A stretch of DNA of 52,668 nt, filler included, from Sphacelaria rigidula (taxonomy: Eukaryota): NCBI GenBank assembly GCA_964200075.2. It is 2 parts of 2 records of this genome, joined end to end, with 100 filler letters (N's around TTAATTAATTAA, not from the genome) between each part and the next. Parts side by side here need not be neighbours in the genome. Positions count along the whole stretch, not along the records: positions 1 to 26,284 come from CAXNAA020000143.1; 1 more part is not named here. One strand, given 5' to 3'. The translations under genes and the position numbers were made by a program. Positions within the stretch are counted from its first letter, which is position 1. The number at the start of each line of letters is the position of its first letter. The notes under the pieces were generated by a model. The model was not told the origin of the DNA. It was given only the letters and a program-made list of their open reading frames with translations, and ran no database searches. Shown here one piece after another: positions 10,135-23,008 of the stretch.

Positions 10135-12689
10135 CTGAAAAAGAAAAACGAACCAGGAGGTGATCGATTGATTGGGTGACGGAAAATGTGGAAGCGTTCC
10201 ATGTGGGGTGTGTTGTGGAGCGCAACATGGGACGGGCGCAGCAGCATTCGAGTCACCGTTGATTTGACTAATGCCTCAAAGGTTGACGCTCACCATCTCT
10301 CCCTGTGAGATCGACATGCAAGACATGTAAATACTGGACGACAAAACAAGGCCCTGTACTCCGAATAATCCAAGGGCAGGTCGAGTAGAGTATACTCAAT
10401 TGCAGGGTATTTTGAAAGTCGTGCTTGAAGTACACAGATTGGGGGTAGGGTTTTAGGGATCGCTTCCCAGTTATTTTTTGGGTACGACTATTCACACTTT
10501 ACCCTAAATCGAGTACCTCGAGTACATCTTCCAAAATACCCCGCAGTTGAGTATACTCTACTCGACCTGCCCTTGGAATCATCAATTTTTCGATCGGGTA
10601 ATGTTGGGAAAAAACGGACAAGAACGTTGGCATCATAATCAATGCTGCAAAATTCAACAATTTTTTGCACAACCCAGAATCGAAGTGCTGATAGAAAATC
10701 ATTTGCCCGGTTAGTACCATCAAAAACATTCAACAAATCAACATAGATTTACACAAGGTATACCGGGCCAAGAGCGGTCGATTAAGGAGAAAAATCTCAT
10801 GTGTCAAGCGGGAGTGAACGGCAGTGGCACGTGCATACTAAATCCTATTTTTCCGCCAGATATAAGAGAGAACGGGAATCGTTGAGAGAGCCACTTTTGT
10901 TTGTTACCACACGCTCTCTTAAAACCCGTGTTTGCCTCTGTACTGGAACATGTACTTCGAACTAGGACCAACGCAAGGATCATATCAGAACAATCAGCTC
11001 GCGACCACGGCTTGACTCGTGGCAGCATCAGTCAACCGGCGACAAGCAAGCGAAGAGAGTAACAAAGCAAGCAAGATATTCTCAGCTGGACACACAAGGG
11101 GATGCTATTAGTAATATATGCAATTATGCAACGCGAGAGGGTGTCGACCACTCACGGCAGATATTTAGAGGAGGAGGAGCAGCAGCCAGGAGATGACGTC
11201 CGTAGTGTCGGGTCGCGACGTCGTGGTCTAGTAGCAGCCCCGTTGGTTGAAAAGGATATAGAGATTCTCACGCTGGACGTTTTCGGTTGGTTACGTGGAC
11301 AAGATAGTTGGATCATGACCGAATCGCAACTGCACCGAGTTTATCAACGTGAGGGGCGGGGGGGGGGGAAGATGCCTCGTATTTGAACCAAAACTCGGCG
11401 GGCGGAGAAAAGGGAAGGGGAGAGGGAGGAATGGCTCCCGAGAGAAAAGTCATGCGCCCCCTTTGAATTGAGAGGGTTGTTGAATAACACAAGATCGGGC
11501 ATCCGATTATCCACCACTCTCGCTCTATCCGTGAAAGTCTTCTCTCAAGATGCACAAAACTTTCGCGGGATTCAAAATAAAAATGTTGATCGCTGATTTG
11601 GTACTTGTATTACTGTCCACTTCACACATTTCATGGCGGGAGACGAGTCTCTAACCGTTTGGGAGCCAATCGAGGATTTTTGTTCTTATGAATCGGCATG
11701 ATCTGACAGTCATTTTCAAGTCAACATATAATGAGGATTCACAAAAACAAAAGTTGTCGGTGGGGTGGGTTCCGAGAGGGTTCATCTCAATGGGTTCATT
11801 GACCCATCTCTCTTTCCTCGCGGAGATGAATGCACGGTGCAACTACGCTCTTGTCTACGAGAATGATCACGGGCTCGTCGAACATGCTTCTCGTGCAGAT
11901 CATGTACTGGATATACATCTTTTACGTACACTTTCCGGCGTGCCCTCACCCAGCCCGGGAGGAGCAGTCCGATTCAGCACACGGTATCGGCTGTAAAGGT
12001 TCAGAAATCGGAGCCAGTACGATTTCGTGCGATGCACCGACAGGAACTGTCCGGGAACCAGTGCTGCAGCCGGTGTGATCCAGCCGAGCCAGCACGGCTC
12101 CAAGTTGAAAAGCTCGACAGATTGGGGTTCAAGGCTGAGGTTCAGATAGAACCGCACACCAAAGCAAGAGAGTGACTTCTCAACAAGAAAAAAAAGAATG
12201 GCGATGTAGCACCCCATGCGGGTTACTCGTCCGCTCAGTCCATCCACATCTTTCGTGACAGCTATCTTACCCCGCAGTGAACGGCGCGCACTGCGAAGAA
12301 GAGCACCACGGACACGCAGCACACTTCACACATTCCCGTCGAGTAAAAATGACGGGAGCTCAACACCGCCCGAAATCAGTAAAATCCTTCACGCTTGTTT
12401 TAGTTCGGTAGTGTCTCCCAGCGGCCCGCCAGGGCAAGGCGGGTGTCTGCGAGCTTGTGGGTTGCCAAGATGCGAGATTGAAAAATCACTCACAATATAT
12501 CAGCATCTGCGCTCTCGCCCCTGTAGGTTCGGAGTACAAGTACGACATGAGTATTGCCGTACTGTTTCACTGCACTGCTTAATCGGTGTGCGTTGACGAG
12601 GTGTAGTACAGTATTCTTTCGTAATGTTTCACCCTTTTTTCCCTCGTGCCGTGTTGGGTTTCGTTGTTGGTATCGCCATATGTCGCTTC

Positions 12690-13001
12690 TGTGTGTTGTC
12701 ATCCCATCCATTCTGGACAACGGACTAGATGTTCCCGTATGTGTGGGCATACCAGCTAGTGTCACACAGGAGGAAGGCGAACACAGGGGTTTCTTCTTTT
12801 CTTCCCAGTTTTCGTTCTCCACCTTTTGCGGTTCTTGCCTCCATTTTGTACCGCGAGAGGGGTTCAGCAGTACGTTTGCCTCCTCGCCACATAGTCGCTC
12901 TCCCCTGTTGGGCGTTGTGAGAAAAATCCCAGATCGATCCAAGTTTCGAACCCACGACTTTACCGTCCGAAGGTTTCGAGGTCACCACCCGAGCCACCGG
13001 C
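12690..13001 (-). mobile_element. tRNA-derived SINE (family A)
   Basis: Minus strand starts GCCGGTGGCTCGGGTGGTGACCTCGAAACCTTCGGACGGTAAAGTCGTGGGTTCGAAAC (A and B boxes) and ends GGGATGACAACACAC. Homologous to 25504-25860, 41495-41730 and 46705-47020. Confidence 0.8.
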
Positions 13002-16000
13002 CTACTACACGGTCTTCAAACACCCTTGATGAGCGTAGGCCGTCAACGCTCGCGCACATATTTTCACTGCCCTATATTCACGCAAGGCACCGTTAGCGAA
13101 GGGTTCTCGGCATGCCTCGGGTCAGCATTGGCGTTGGCCTCGCGAGAGTGAATTTTGGCGGCCAACTAGAGTTGACGTTTAGCCATCATTAATGTGTTGA
13201 CGTACTTTCCATTCACACAAGAAAAAACACGAGGGATCCCCCGCCCCCTCCCCCGCCCGGAGGGCACACAACATGGACACACCGGCTGCAGCAACTTTGT
13301 CGGGAGATGCTGATGCCTGGTTCGCGATTTTCTCAAGCCCACACACACACATCCGCTGATGTTACATTAAATGTTCCAGCAACACACGCGTACACAAATG
13401 CCGTACAAGAGCCTATTTTTGTGATACTTTTGGGAACTCATCATCTATGTTTTAGCCTCGACACTTGCTCAAATAATGGATCATGGCTCTTCCTTACATG
13501 GACAGGCCTTCCAAACAAGTAGGACGTCATGACGTATCATGACAGAGATGGATCAGCACTTCCCCTATCGAAAGTGTTACTCGAAAACAAAAAATGTTGC
13601 CGCCACTCTTTCCTGTTGTCGAACAGCTTCGCAAAACCGTACTTCTTCTTCCCCTTTATTTTTTCATTGATTGTTGCATTTCAACTGATCCCCCAGGGAT
13701 CCAGCCGTGCCTACATGATGAATCTTACCCGAGACAGAATAAACCTCAAATATCCGCTAAAGAAAAAGTGGAGGAAACAGGGGAAAAAAGGCAAAACAGA
13801 CGAACAGAGTAGACTCAAACAAAGAAAATGGGAATAGAAAAGTAAAAACCAAACAAACAGAAAATATCTGAGACGTACAGACGCTCCCAAAGGAGCAACG
13901 CCAAATTACCAAAACAAATTCGACATAATTTATATCGGACACAAATGGTCTCTCACCGGGGACCGGGCAGATGCCAGAAAATCAGCAGCCCTACAAATCC
14001 TAATCCTAGATTCCACACCACAAGCACCAAGCACCACGTAACACGGTGTCATGCCGACAGCGCAAGCAGCCGACGTCAACATCATCACCGCCACAACAGG
14101 GGAGTAAAAAAATAATCATATGCATGCGGTGCATTTGTGCTGTGCGCAGCAGTATCTGTGTCGCATATGCTTCGAATTGGATGACCCAAGCAAAAAAGGG
14201 GAGCCGATCAGTATTGGGGGGAGGGGGTGCCTACATTCCTCACGTCGAGACACGTGTACATCATTAAACCAAGAGAAATAGAGACACACCTGTACCCAAA
14301 TGACAAAAAATCGGAATATGTGTGTCGAAGTCGAGCCAAGACGATCAACAGAAAAAAACCCCACGTCTTCCACCGCCACGAGCGAACCCCTCGGCAGTAT
14401 GCGTCATGGTACATATTTATATCAGAATGGCCTAGGAAAACGTTCGAAAAAGTGTGGTACACCATACGAATGTCGTCGGATTACAAATCCGGTGCGATAC
14501 CTTACCCAATCTACATCAAGTACTGTGCAGCGAAATTTTCAAGCTTATTTTCGGTAGGGTATACTGCCTGAAAATCGGACATTTTTGGATATCTGAAGAC
14601 GTCAGACACATTTTGATAGGCGAATCCCCTTTTGGACCATACCGGGATGTTTGGTGAACATTTCGGTTCGTATGGTTTGGTGATGATACGCCGCCATAAG
14701 TCCTTCACTTTTTGGGTATACCCTCTACATAAAACAACGTTGGAAAATTTCGTCCGCCAGATCTGCCGACAGGTTGAAAGATGCGGCCATCTTTTGGATT
14801 GGCCGTTGATTTCATACCTCGGCACAGGTGCAACAAAACGGACAACGAGAGAATACAACAAGACAACTCTGGGAAACACGAAAGGACACACACAGCACGC
14901 ATAATCTTTCACACAAACACATACGCACGGGCATCAGCTATACCGCTACACAAGCCCTCCTACCTCACCTACGCACACAGCATAAGCTGTATCACTTCAC
15001 ACCCTGGACACGAGAGATTCCATTGTAAAAAATTGTACTGTGTACAGTATGGAATCCATTGTCTACCGCAATAAGCACAATAGTCGACACTGTACGCAGT
15101 ACATTTTTTCACTGTTTTTCTCCTGTCCAGGGTATGCATTATTTTCGCTTCACGAAATTCCGGAGGCTACCTCGGAAAAAAAACGCATACAGAACAACTC
15201 CTCGCTACAAGAAGGAGCAGATACTCATGTCCGCCAGCTCTGCTGGCAGGTCTCAAGACACGGGGATAGTTCGTGCAGGGGGCCTCTGATCCAAAATATT
15301 TGCGCCGAGGTATATCTAGCGCGACAAGGACCAACACACATCTCAACCCCAACCCAAGGAAAAAAACGCACACCACACACGCATTAGCTTCACCCGAATA
15401 GCCTCACTACTTCACGCACGACAGTCTTGCTTTCAAGAGAATCCGTAACCTCCTACTGCGCGTACTTGCAAAAAAAGGATGCGAGATGATGAGGAAAACA
15501 CGCTGCTCGTACAGAGTAGAGCCACATACAACAGTACAGTGAGGACATCTGCCGACAAGCTCAACAATCCGGCGATTCCTTGAGACATCATAATCTCGTT
15601 CGTGTCTAGATCAGTCCACTCACAAAGGTAAGGTCCCTTTAGAGGGTATGTTGGGTAGGGTAAATACCGGTTACTCGCCCTCTTGAAATTCGGGTGGAGT
15701 CAGGTACGATCGCAATACTCTATGACCCGATCGCCAAACTCCCTCACAACATGAAAGAAAGAATACAGTCAATGAATAAACTGCATACAGTATCGACTAT
15801 TGCGCCTATCGAAACAGACTTTAGACTTCTTACTGTACGCAGTACATTTTTCAACAATTGAATCTGTTGTTCAGGGTGTGCAAACTCCGCTTGAATGTTG
15901 GGGTCGAGTCGCGTACGGTCACAGTAATCTCCCCGAGTTCGGGGTGTTCTCGAGTACGATTTTTCATCAACATGCCAACATGTGGGAAATACCCCGAGAA

Positions 16001-16399
16001 TATCCAATCCAAAACAACCTCGGTTCCTCTACTCTGGTGCGAACGTCTCGCCGACGACTTCGACTTGACGTTGGAGAGTCGAGTGTAGTACTTGGTTCGG
16101 CGGGCCTGCAGACAGATATCGAAATGCAGTGGATCTAGCGATAGTTGTTGATCCAATATCTTCGTGCGAATGCAAACCCCCCCCCCCTCCAAAAAACAAA
16201 ACTCGTACACATTGACCATGGTACAAGCAGGCACAGACCCCCTTCACACGCTAAAGTCAACTCCCCCCCCCCATGAAACACTCAATACCTGTCCACGGGA
16301 ACCCTCAATCAAGCCTTGGATGCGCATATCATCCTCCACCTGTGGACAGACTCCCTTAATTATACCCTGCCTAGCCCGAAGACGTCGAGAGACTAGGTC

Positions 16400-16880
16400 A
16401 TACATCTGTGAAATCGGTACCAAGTTCACTTGAAAAAAGTATGCATGATCCAGATGGATCACCCTCGCGGTCAGCGGGCTAGACCATCCCTCGCATGACA
16501 GACGGATCAGAGAAGGCAGTAATAAGGCATTATGGCCTTCCAAGACCCAGCCACGTCCTGCCCCCCGCCGAAGCAACTGGTTGACGGCGAAAGGTGGTCA
16601 TTCGTTGAATAAAGCACACAGATGACCAACCCAACTTCACGGTAAATCGGTTACGGCTGAGATGGTGATATTCTGTCCATAAAACATCCCTTTTCATTAG
16701 TACTGAAACCATTTGACTGTCAGTCAGCATGGGCGACCGGGGTCTTTCGTCCATTTTCCAAGCAAAATTGATGCTGATTTGACCCATTGACGGCGAGCAT
16801 GAGTAATGTGTTGGAATCAGTACCAATTTCACTTGAAAAATCATTGCATGGCCAGATGACTGACCCTGGCTGTCCAAAGG
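16400..16880 (+). mobile_element. Two diverged copies of the ~100 bp piggyBac-like MITE (about 16400-16480 and 16783-16880)
   Basis: Share the core AATCGGTACCAA.TTCACTTGAAAAAAGTATGCATGATCCAGATGG..ACCCTCGCGGTC with the arrays at 41-42 kb and 46-49 kb. Confidence 0.6.
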
Positions 16881-17670
16881 TTCACAGAGCTGCGAAAGGG
16901 TCAACATTTTGACCGCTTGGGCGGATGATCTGCTAAATCGGCATAATTCACGTCCCCTAAAAAGTGTAGAATCAAAACCATTCGAAAAAATTCGCCGATC
17001 CTGACGGTGAAGGGGTTGCCAAAAAACAAGAGCGCCCCATGACGGTTGGTGATGGTGACAGCCCTATACACAAGGAAGACAGGAATTTCTCTGGATCCAC
17101 TAACACTATTTTTTTCCACCTCCCGGATGGTCACAAGTAACCGAAAACCCACGGGAGCGGGAGTACCCGCCTATTCAAGTAGATAGATGCACACACACAA
17201 AACATGGACACACATTCACAAACACATACACCTTTCCGTGATTCAAGATCACTATAAGCCCGAGGCTATACAAGAGGCGCTCCCCACATTCACTTCGCTT
17301 GTGTGGCGCACTATTATGTGCGCCACGAACATCTAAAGAAGCGTCATGCAAAAAAACGCCCAAAAACGCCCCAATCCGATCACGTGCATTCGTCTCCCAA
17401 TTCTGGTTTAGTGAAACATCGCAATTTCTGAAAAACAACGTGTACCAAAGCACGATGATGTTCGTCGACATGAAAAAAAAACACCCACACCCACCCACCC
17501 ACACACACAAAATTCAAAATTAATTTCATGTGCAGAATTTATTTGCTCATGCAAAATGCAAACGATACAGCGCTCCACCCGTATACCACCAATTTTGTCT
17601 GAAAAGAAGAGGTACTGATACAGTAGTAGTCGGTCAGCACAGCTGTTCTCTGTACTTCACTGTGGTTCGT

Positions 17671-18466
17671 TCATTCCCTCGGAGGTCGGAGGTTTTCCTT
17701 CCGAAGGTGCAGTCCCCACTTTTCGGAGCTGAGAGGTGAGACGCGGACATCCCAAGAGCTGCGATGCTTGCCGACCACCCAGTCGATGTCTGAGGTGCGT
17801 TTCACAGCTGGGTCTTCAGTCATTCTCCACTCTGCCCTTCGCCTTTCAATGCGAGGCCTGTGTGAACAATGCCGGAGATGTTTGTTTCCCTTGAGACGAA
17901 GAATTACTCCATCTCATCGGATAGGGTGCTCCTATTACAATGTCATACTTGAGAGTACATTTACACGTGTTAAATATTAGCACACCCAGCTGTACATGCA
18001 ACCGTGGTGCACGAACATCTTTGAATAATGATGGAAACAATCGGTAGTTCACAGTGGGTTCTCGCGACCCCTCTAAACATCACACGTTACTTCTTATCGA
18101 TGCCGTCTGATCGAAATGCCTCCCGAATATCAGCGCACAGCTGTTTCGTCGCGGGGTGCTGTCTCCGAGACGATGCGTGGTCAATTGTCAAACAGCCAAG
18201 GCAACCAGCAAAAATGTATCCCATCTCTCACTTTGCCTAGTCTGGCGAGAACCCGGCGTGCTTCGTTATGGCATCGTAGGGATGCGAGTTCAATCGTCTC
18301 ATGACTACCGATGCAAGATCATGATCACACCCCCACCAATGCGTGCGCAGTCCAGATCCACGCAAACCCAATTACCCCAGATTTACACGTCGCCGACTCA
18401 CTTTGCTCAGATGAAGTGAGAGAGGCCCGTAGTATATACAATGAGAAAGCTTTGTGCTCTGCAGGC
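17671..18466 (-). CDS. Possible 3' exons of an unknown gene (18402-18466, 18091-18158, 17671-17857)
   Basis: Three segments with canonical AG/GT ends chain in phase to give LQSTKLSHCIYYGPLSLHLSK-HPATKQLCADIREAFRSDGIDKK-PRIERRRAEWRMTEDPAVKRTSDIDWVVGKHRSSWDVRVSPLSSEKWGLHLRKENLRPPRE-stop. No family recognised. Confidence 0.35.
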
Positions 18467-20104
18467 CTAAGATGTGCTTGTGACGCAAAGAGCCCAGATG
18501 CACATTTCTTACCAACGCAGTTAGGCAGGATGCGATGTACACCCTCCCCAAATCCAGACTGCCCAGATGTGCACGGTTTCAACGCACTCTACCGAGTCAC
18601 TGGTGTGGCTATAGGGTCAGGGTTCATGCCATAGAATTCAGGGTAGACTGTACATGCTGCGGACTACGTTGGCGTACATGCTTTACACAGGCAAACAACA
18701 CTACGCGCACATGAGTAATCATATATCCGTCATCCAAGGGTGCGCACATGTCTTTTCCGTCTTCCAACATCCATGATGTTTTGCCAAATCGAATAAACCA
18801 AGGTGTGAGGGTATGTAACTTGTCTGTATCGGAGCTGGTGTGATGTAAGGTGTGTGATGACAAAAAAAACACAGCACATCTTCTCGTCAACTGCAACCTT
18901 AATGGACGTGAGGCTCTCTCTCGCGCGTAATGCTGACTGTTCATTTAGCACACCCAGACTGCTGTTTACTTCTGCGAAGGACCAAGCACAGAGCAGAGAA
19001 GGTGACGAGGAACTAACGGACTCTTCACTGGGCACTCCTGATTTGTCGAAGGGTTCTGCGAGATGCAGGCGCTGTTGGATCAAACGCATATTCCTGCTTC
19101 GCGAAGACTAAAACATTGCTTTTGGGTCGAGAAAAACATAATCTTGGAGCACAAAGAGCAAGCTACAGTTTGATCGCCAGCTGATCATTCTCAGAATGGT
19201 TTTCCTGCCGACCGTAAAACGGTTTCCAGCTGCGGGTGGGATTTTGACAGAGAGGCCGTGCGGGTTACATCACAACAATTGGCGAATTCAACTACTCATG
19301 TGTGATTTTCGCGAAATTCGAGTCGACACAAGGAAACGTCACACCTTGGTCGAAGTAGAAAAAAGAGAGAGAGGGGTCTGGTGGACCAAATTATATACCG
19401 TTTATATACACATACGCTTCAACCAACTTTTTTTTTTTAGTATTCATCTTGTCTCCGGTCTTCCCCCTCTCCCCCGCTCCTTCTCCCCCCAATTCCGCGA
19501 CTGTTACGTCGTCGTTCCAAGTCTCCCTACATCGCAGCAAGTGCGACGCAAACTTTTCTTGACTCTTGATTTCAAACGTACCAATCATGTTTCCCTCCAC
19601 ACGAATGTACGTGATAATTTCAGTAGAAGCTCGGCGTTCAAAAAAATCGACGGGTCTAGGACGCGCAGCACCTCAATCCACGCTCCAGGGCAAGCTCCTT
19701 TTTGGGGCATTTTCCTTGTACGAACGAGGGAGTGACTTTGTCGCGCTGCTACACTCTAAAGCTCGCAGCATGCATCCCGATTCACGAATTCACAATTTTT
19801 TCACCCGTTGATACTTGCACAGAGTTACAATATCTTCAGGTTACCACGGTGAATGTGGGCGTTTGCTCTCTAGTCCGATTTTTCACCCAAGAAAGCCACT
19901 TTTAATCGAACACTTGATACCCCACCCCCATTCTTTTGGTAGAGCCCCATTCTGTCCGTCATCTAGAGCATGTATATCTTTCACGGGCAGGTCTGGTACG
20001 GTATACCCGATATCTGGTTCATTTGAAAAGTCGCACATCACAGGCACAAGTCAATCGCGATGACTCAAACGGGCTTCCCTTCAAAGATAAAAGCACAGCA
20101 CGGG

Positions 20105-20140
20105 CTAACTGCTGCTGTGGGCGTGGGCCGGATCTCCCCC
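20105..20140 (-). CDS. Claudin-like four-TM gene, probable terminal exon
   Basis: Acceptor ttgtcttttcaag, then GGDPAHAHSSS-stop. Phase 0, compatible with the exon at 20360-20497. Confidence 0.4.
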   Translation of the reverse strand, partial: GGDPAHAHSSS

Positions 20141-20359
20141 CTTGAAAAGACAACAATACCGGGCATACCGTACCCGACGTGTCCTTGTCTTGTTATGACA
20201 CCCAACCACAGAACGCAATCGATACTCGTCGTTTGTTCACGTTACGGCTCCCTGCTGCGGCCGTGTCATGTACACCACTAAGCAATGTTCCGTGCGTTCT
20301 TCCACCCCCCTCTCTCGCGTGAGACTCATCACCCACCCCGCTCCATTTCAACCCCTCAC

Positions 20360-20497
20360 CTTGTCGGGCATGTAGTCAACGCCCTGGGTGTGCTTCGTCA
20401 CTTGGTCATCTTCCATTTGTCCAGCGCCCGCCAAGATGGAGTCCACTCGTGGCGCGCGCATCCACAGCAGGACCGCCGCGAATGCGTAGGCGAACAT
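20360..20497 (-). CDS. Claudin-like four-TM gene, TM4 and cytoplasmic tail exon
   Basis: Acceptor ttacag, donor GTGAGG. 138 nt, phase 0 to 0. Reads MFAYAFAAVLLWMRAPRVDSILAGAGQMEDDQVTKHTQGVDYMPDK. Confidence 0.75.
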
Positions 20498-20958
20498 CTG
20501 TAACCCACGACATGCGCGACAATACACCATGTTAATTTGTGTCGCACCTTGAACCCCTCCCCTTTCCTTGCTCGGGTCGGGTCCATGGTGTCAAGCGATC
20601 AACCATCTGCTCCCAGATACACGTCATGCCAGCCTTGCCTGGGGGGTCCTAGCCGAATACCTCCGAATCGAAAATGAACAGGGGACGGAGGGGATGCTAC
20701 GGAATCGCGAATATACGAGGCCATCATGACCGGCAGTCAATTTCTTGGCGGTGGTAGATATACTATCGAGTTTGGCACAGAGGTGACAATTTTTCGGTCG
20801 GTAGGGTTGGGGGAGGGCATAACTCCTGCGGAGCGAATTTTTAAAGTCCTCACCATGTCTCATCAAATCTCTGGTCCATCTTGGAAAAGGGGAAGCAAGG
20901 GAAAATGAAGGACCAAAAACAGCAAAAAAGATGGAAAAAAACTCAGCCAGCAGCTCAC

Positions 20959-21144
20959 CGCGGTGATACCGAGATCCAGGGACCACCCAGGAGTTTCCAT
21001 TTCCCAAGGCGCGTTGAAGCATGGAGTCGTAAGACCGACGTCTGAAGTGCACGCGGATGCCGCATCATCAACAATCGTCAACAATCGTGGAGCCAGGGCT
21101 TCGTCACGGTTGCCGAATTTACCCTCGATGAGCCACCAGAAAAC
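20959..21144 (-). CDS. Claudin-like four-TM gene, second extracellular loop exon
   Basis: Acceptor ttttcccacgtccccag, donor GTGAGC. 186 nt, phase 0 to 0. Reads VFWWLIEGKFGNRDEALAPRLLTIVDDAASACTSDVGLTTPCFNAPWEMETPGWSLDLGITA, with a GWS motif before TM4. Confidence 0.78.
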
Positions 21145-21675
21145 CTGGGGACGTGGGAAAAAACAGAAGAGGACATCCGCCGCGAGATTCAGATCCTCGC
21201 AGGGTGACCATATTTTTCGACCAAATTTCACTCCCCAGCGATTCTTCACCTGCGTTTGTTCAGGTACACCCTTCACTTTGGAATTTTTGGAATTTTTTGC
21301 ACACGTGTGCTATGGGACCTCAGATATTTCGCGATGTTTTTTTCAAAACTGCTCTGTGTAGAATCCAGAAATATTCCAGGACACGCGTGCAAAATTTCAG
21401 GGTTGAACTAGGAAAAACCCGAGTGAGGATTCGCGCGCGTGTACTTCCAAGTATACACATATACCCGGAAACTTGCTCATTACCTGATTGCACCACGTTT
21501 ACCGATCATTTTTCATACAACGCATGGAAAGTTTGTAAAGACCCTTGTGGGAATACCTCGGGACGGCTAGAAAAAACGATTTTCTCCTGAGGTACACGTG
21601 CTGACTTTCAAATGTCTTCACGCAGGGACCCCCGGAAGCCGGTAGAAGGTGGACAAACTTTGAAATATTTTTCGA

Positions 21676-21760
21676 CCCTCAGACGGCGAGAGTAGGTCAT
21701 TCATCATACCGGCATCGATTCAACGAGGAAAAATATGCATGATCCATGTGGGCTACCCCC
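21676..21760 (+). mobile_element. Diverged partial piggyBac-like MITE copy
   Basis: CCCTCAGACGGCGAGAGTAGGTCA...CGGCATC...AAAAATATGCATGATCCA..GGCTACCC matches the family core. Confidence 0.5.
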
Positions 21761-22822
21761 CCCCCCCTCCCGATTTGGGGCACCCGTATCCACCACAAGT
21801 ATTGCTTTCTGGATCTATTGAGGGATAGTTTTTGGGAATTCACCTTGAACCAGCCTTTATCCAATTGCCGCGCCAAGGTGATAAACAAAACACGGGTCAA
21901 GTTCTGGCTGGATGCTTTCAGCTTTTTACTTAATAGTATTTGATTTCCCCTGATCGAAGAGAAGACGTTTATCAGCGTCCCACAGACAAGTTATTTGATG
22001 AGAGTAGACGCGGGGTGGGAGTGGTGATATCATCCAATCCGTGACAGCATAATGCAAGACGTGTGCATTAACGGGGGAGCACGAGGGGGAGAAGTTGTTC
22101 TTCAAAGACTACAGACTCATCCCGATAAGGAGAGAGGGTTTGGAAGAGTGGTGAAAAAAACAAGCATCGGGGTTGAAATAAAAGTAAGTTCACAACTACC
22201 GAAAATATATATTAGCTCATGTATACGTCTACGGGGCGCCAAATTGGCAGAGCCTCTCAAGCCTTGAAAATCGGCGGCCCATTATAAAGACTTCCGCGGC
22301 CTGCCGTCCGTGAGCTGCCACTGTCGACCACTTCAGCACAAAAATATGAGGACGCTCAATCTGGTCGTTTTCCAAGGAACATTGAAAGTTGAACGTGTTC
22401 GATGGCCCAGACTCCGCGAGCGATGAGTCTGAATCCACCGTGACGTACCCGTGTAAGGTAAAACAAGAAAATTCTTTTGGATCCGGCTTCTCAAACCCAT
22501 GGTTGACAAAAAGAGCTTGGATCTTCATGGGGGGTGACAGGCTCACGTTTGTATCCGGCGTGCTCAGCACGTTACGACTCGAATTGGGATCTAATTCAAG
22601 CGTTTACCAACGCACGCCTTGCCTAGGACACTCCACGTTCGAGGTTGGGGTTATGGTTTGACAAAAAAAAGATGTGGGGGGCATGGATTCGAGAGACGCA
22701 TTGAATAGAGGCCCCTTTCCGAGTAAAACCCTCCGAAGCTCAACATCAACATCAACAAGAGCAGAAAATAAATCATCATGCCGCACGAGTGGAACACGAC
22801 GAAACGGAAAATAGACACCCAC

Positions 22823-23008
22823 CGTTGTCGCAACAACCAGCCCAAGGGAGAACACTAACGTCCACGTCGACAAGGTCGTGAGGCTGAACCCCACCCTCCC
22901 GCGGCCGCACACTGCGGAAAGCATCGTGAAGACCGTCAAGAGCGCCAAAAGCAGACCCAAGGCCCATGAAACCACCATGCCGAATCCGGCGGCTGAGCCG
23001 CCATTGTC
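22823..23008 (-). CDS. Claudin-like four-TM gene, TM2-TM3 exon
   Basis: Acceptor tttttgcgacag, donor GTGGGT. 186 nt, phase 0 to 0. Reads DNGGSAAGFGMVVSWALGLLLALLTVFTMLSAVCGRGRVGFSLTTLSTWTLVFSLGLVVATT (two hydrophobic helices). Confidence 0.78.

Noticed and set aside
15240..15262. TGCTGGCAGGTCTCAAGACAC as the SWQDLKD exon of the SR gene
   Set aside because: Needs two indels, has no flanking RRM sequence or splice sites, and lies beyond an opposite-strand gene and the artificial gap.
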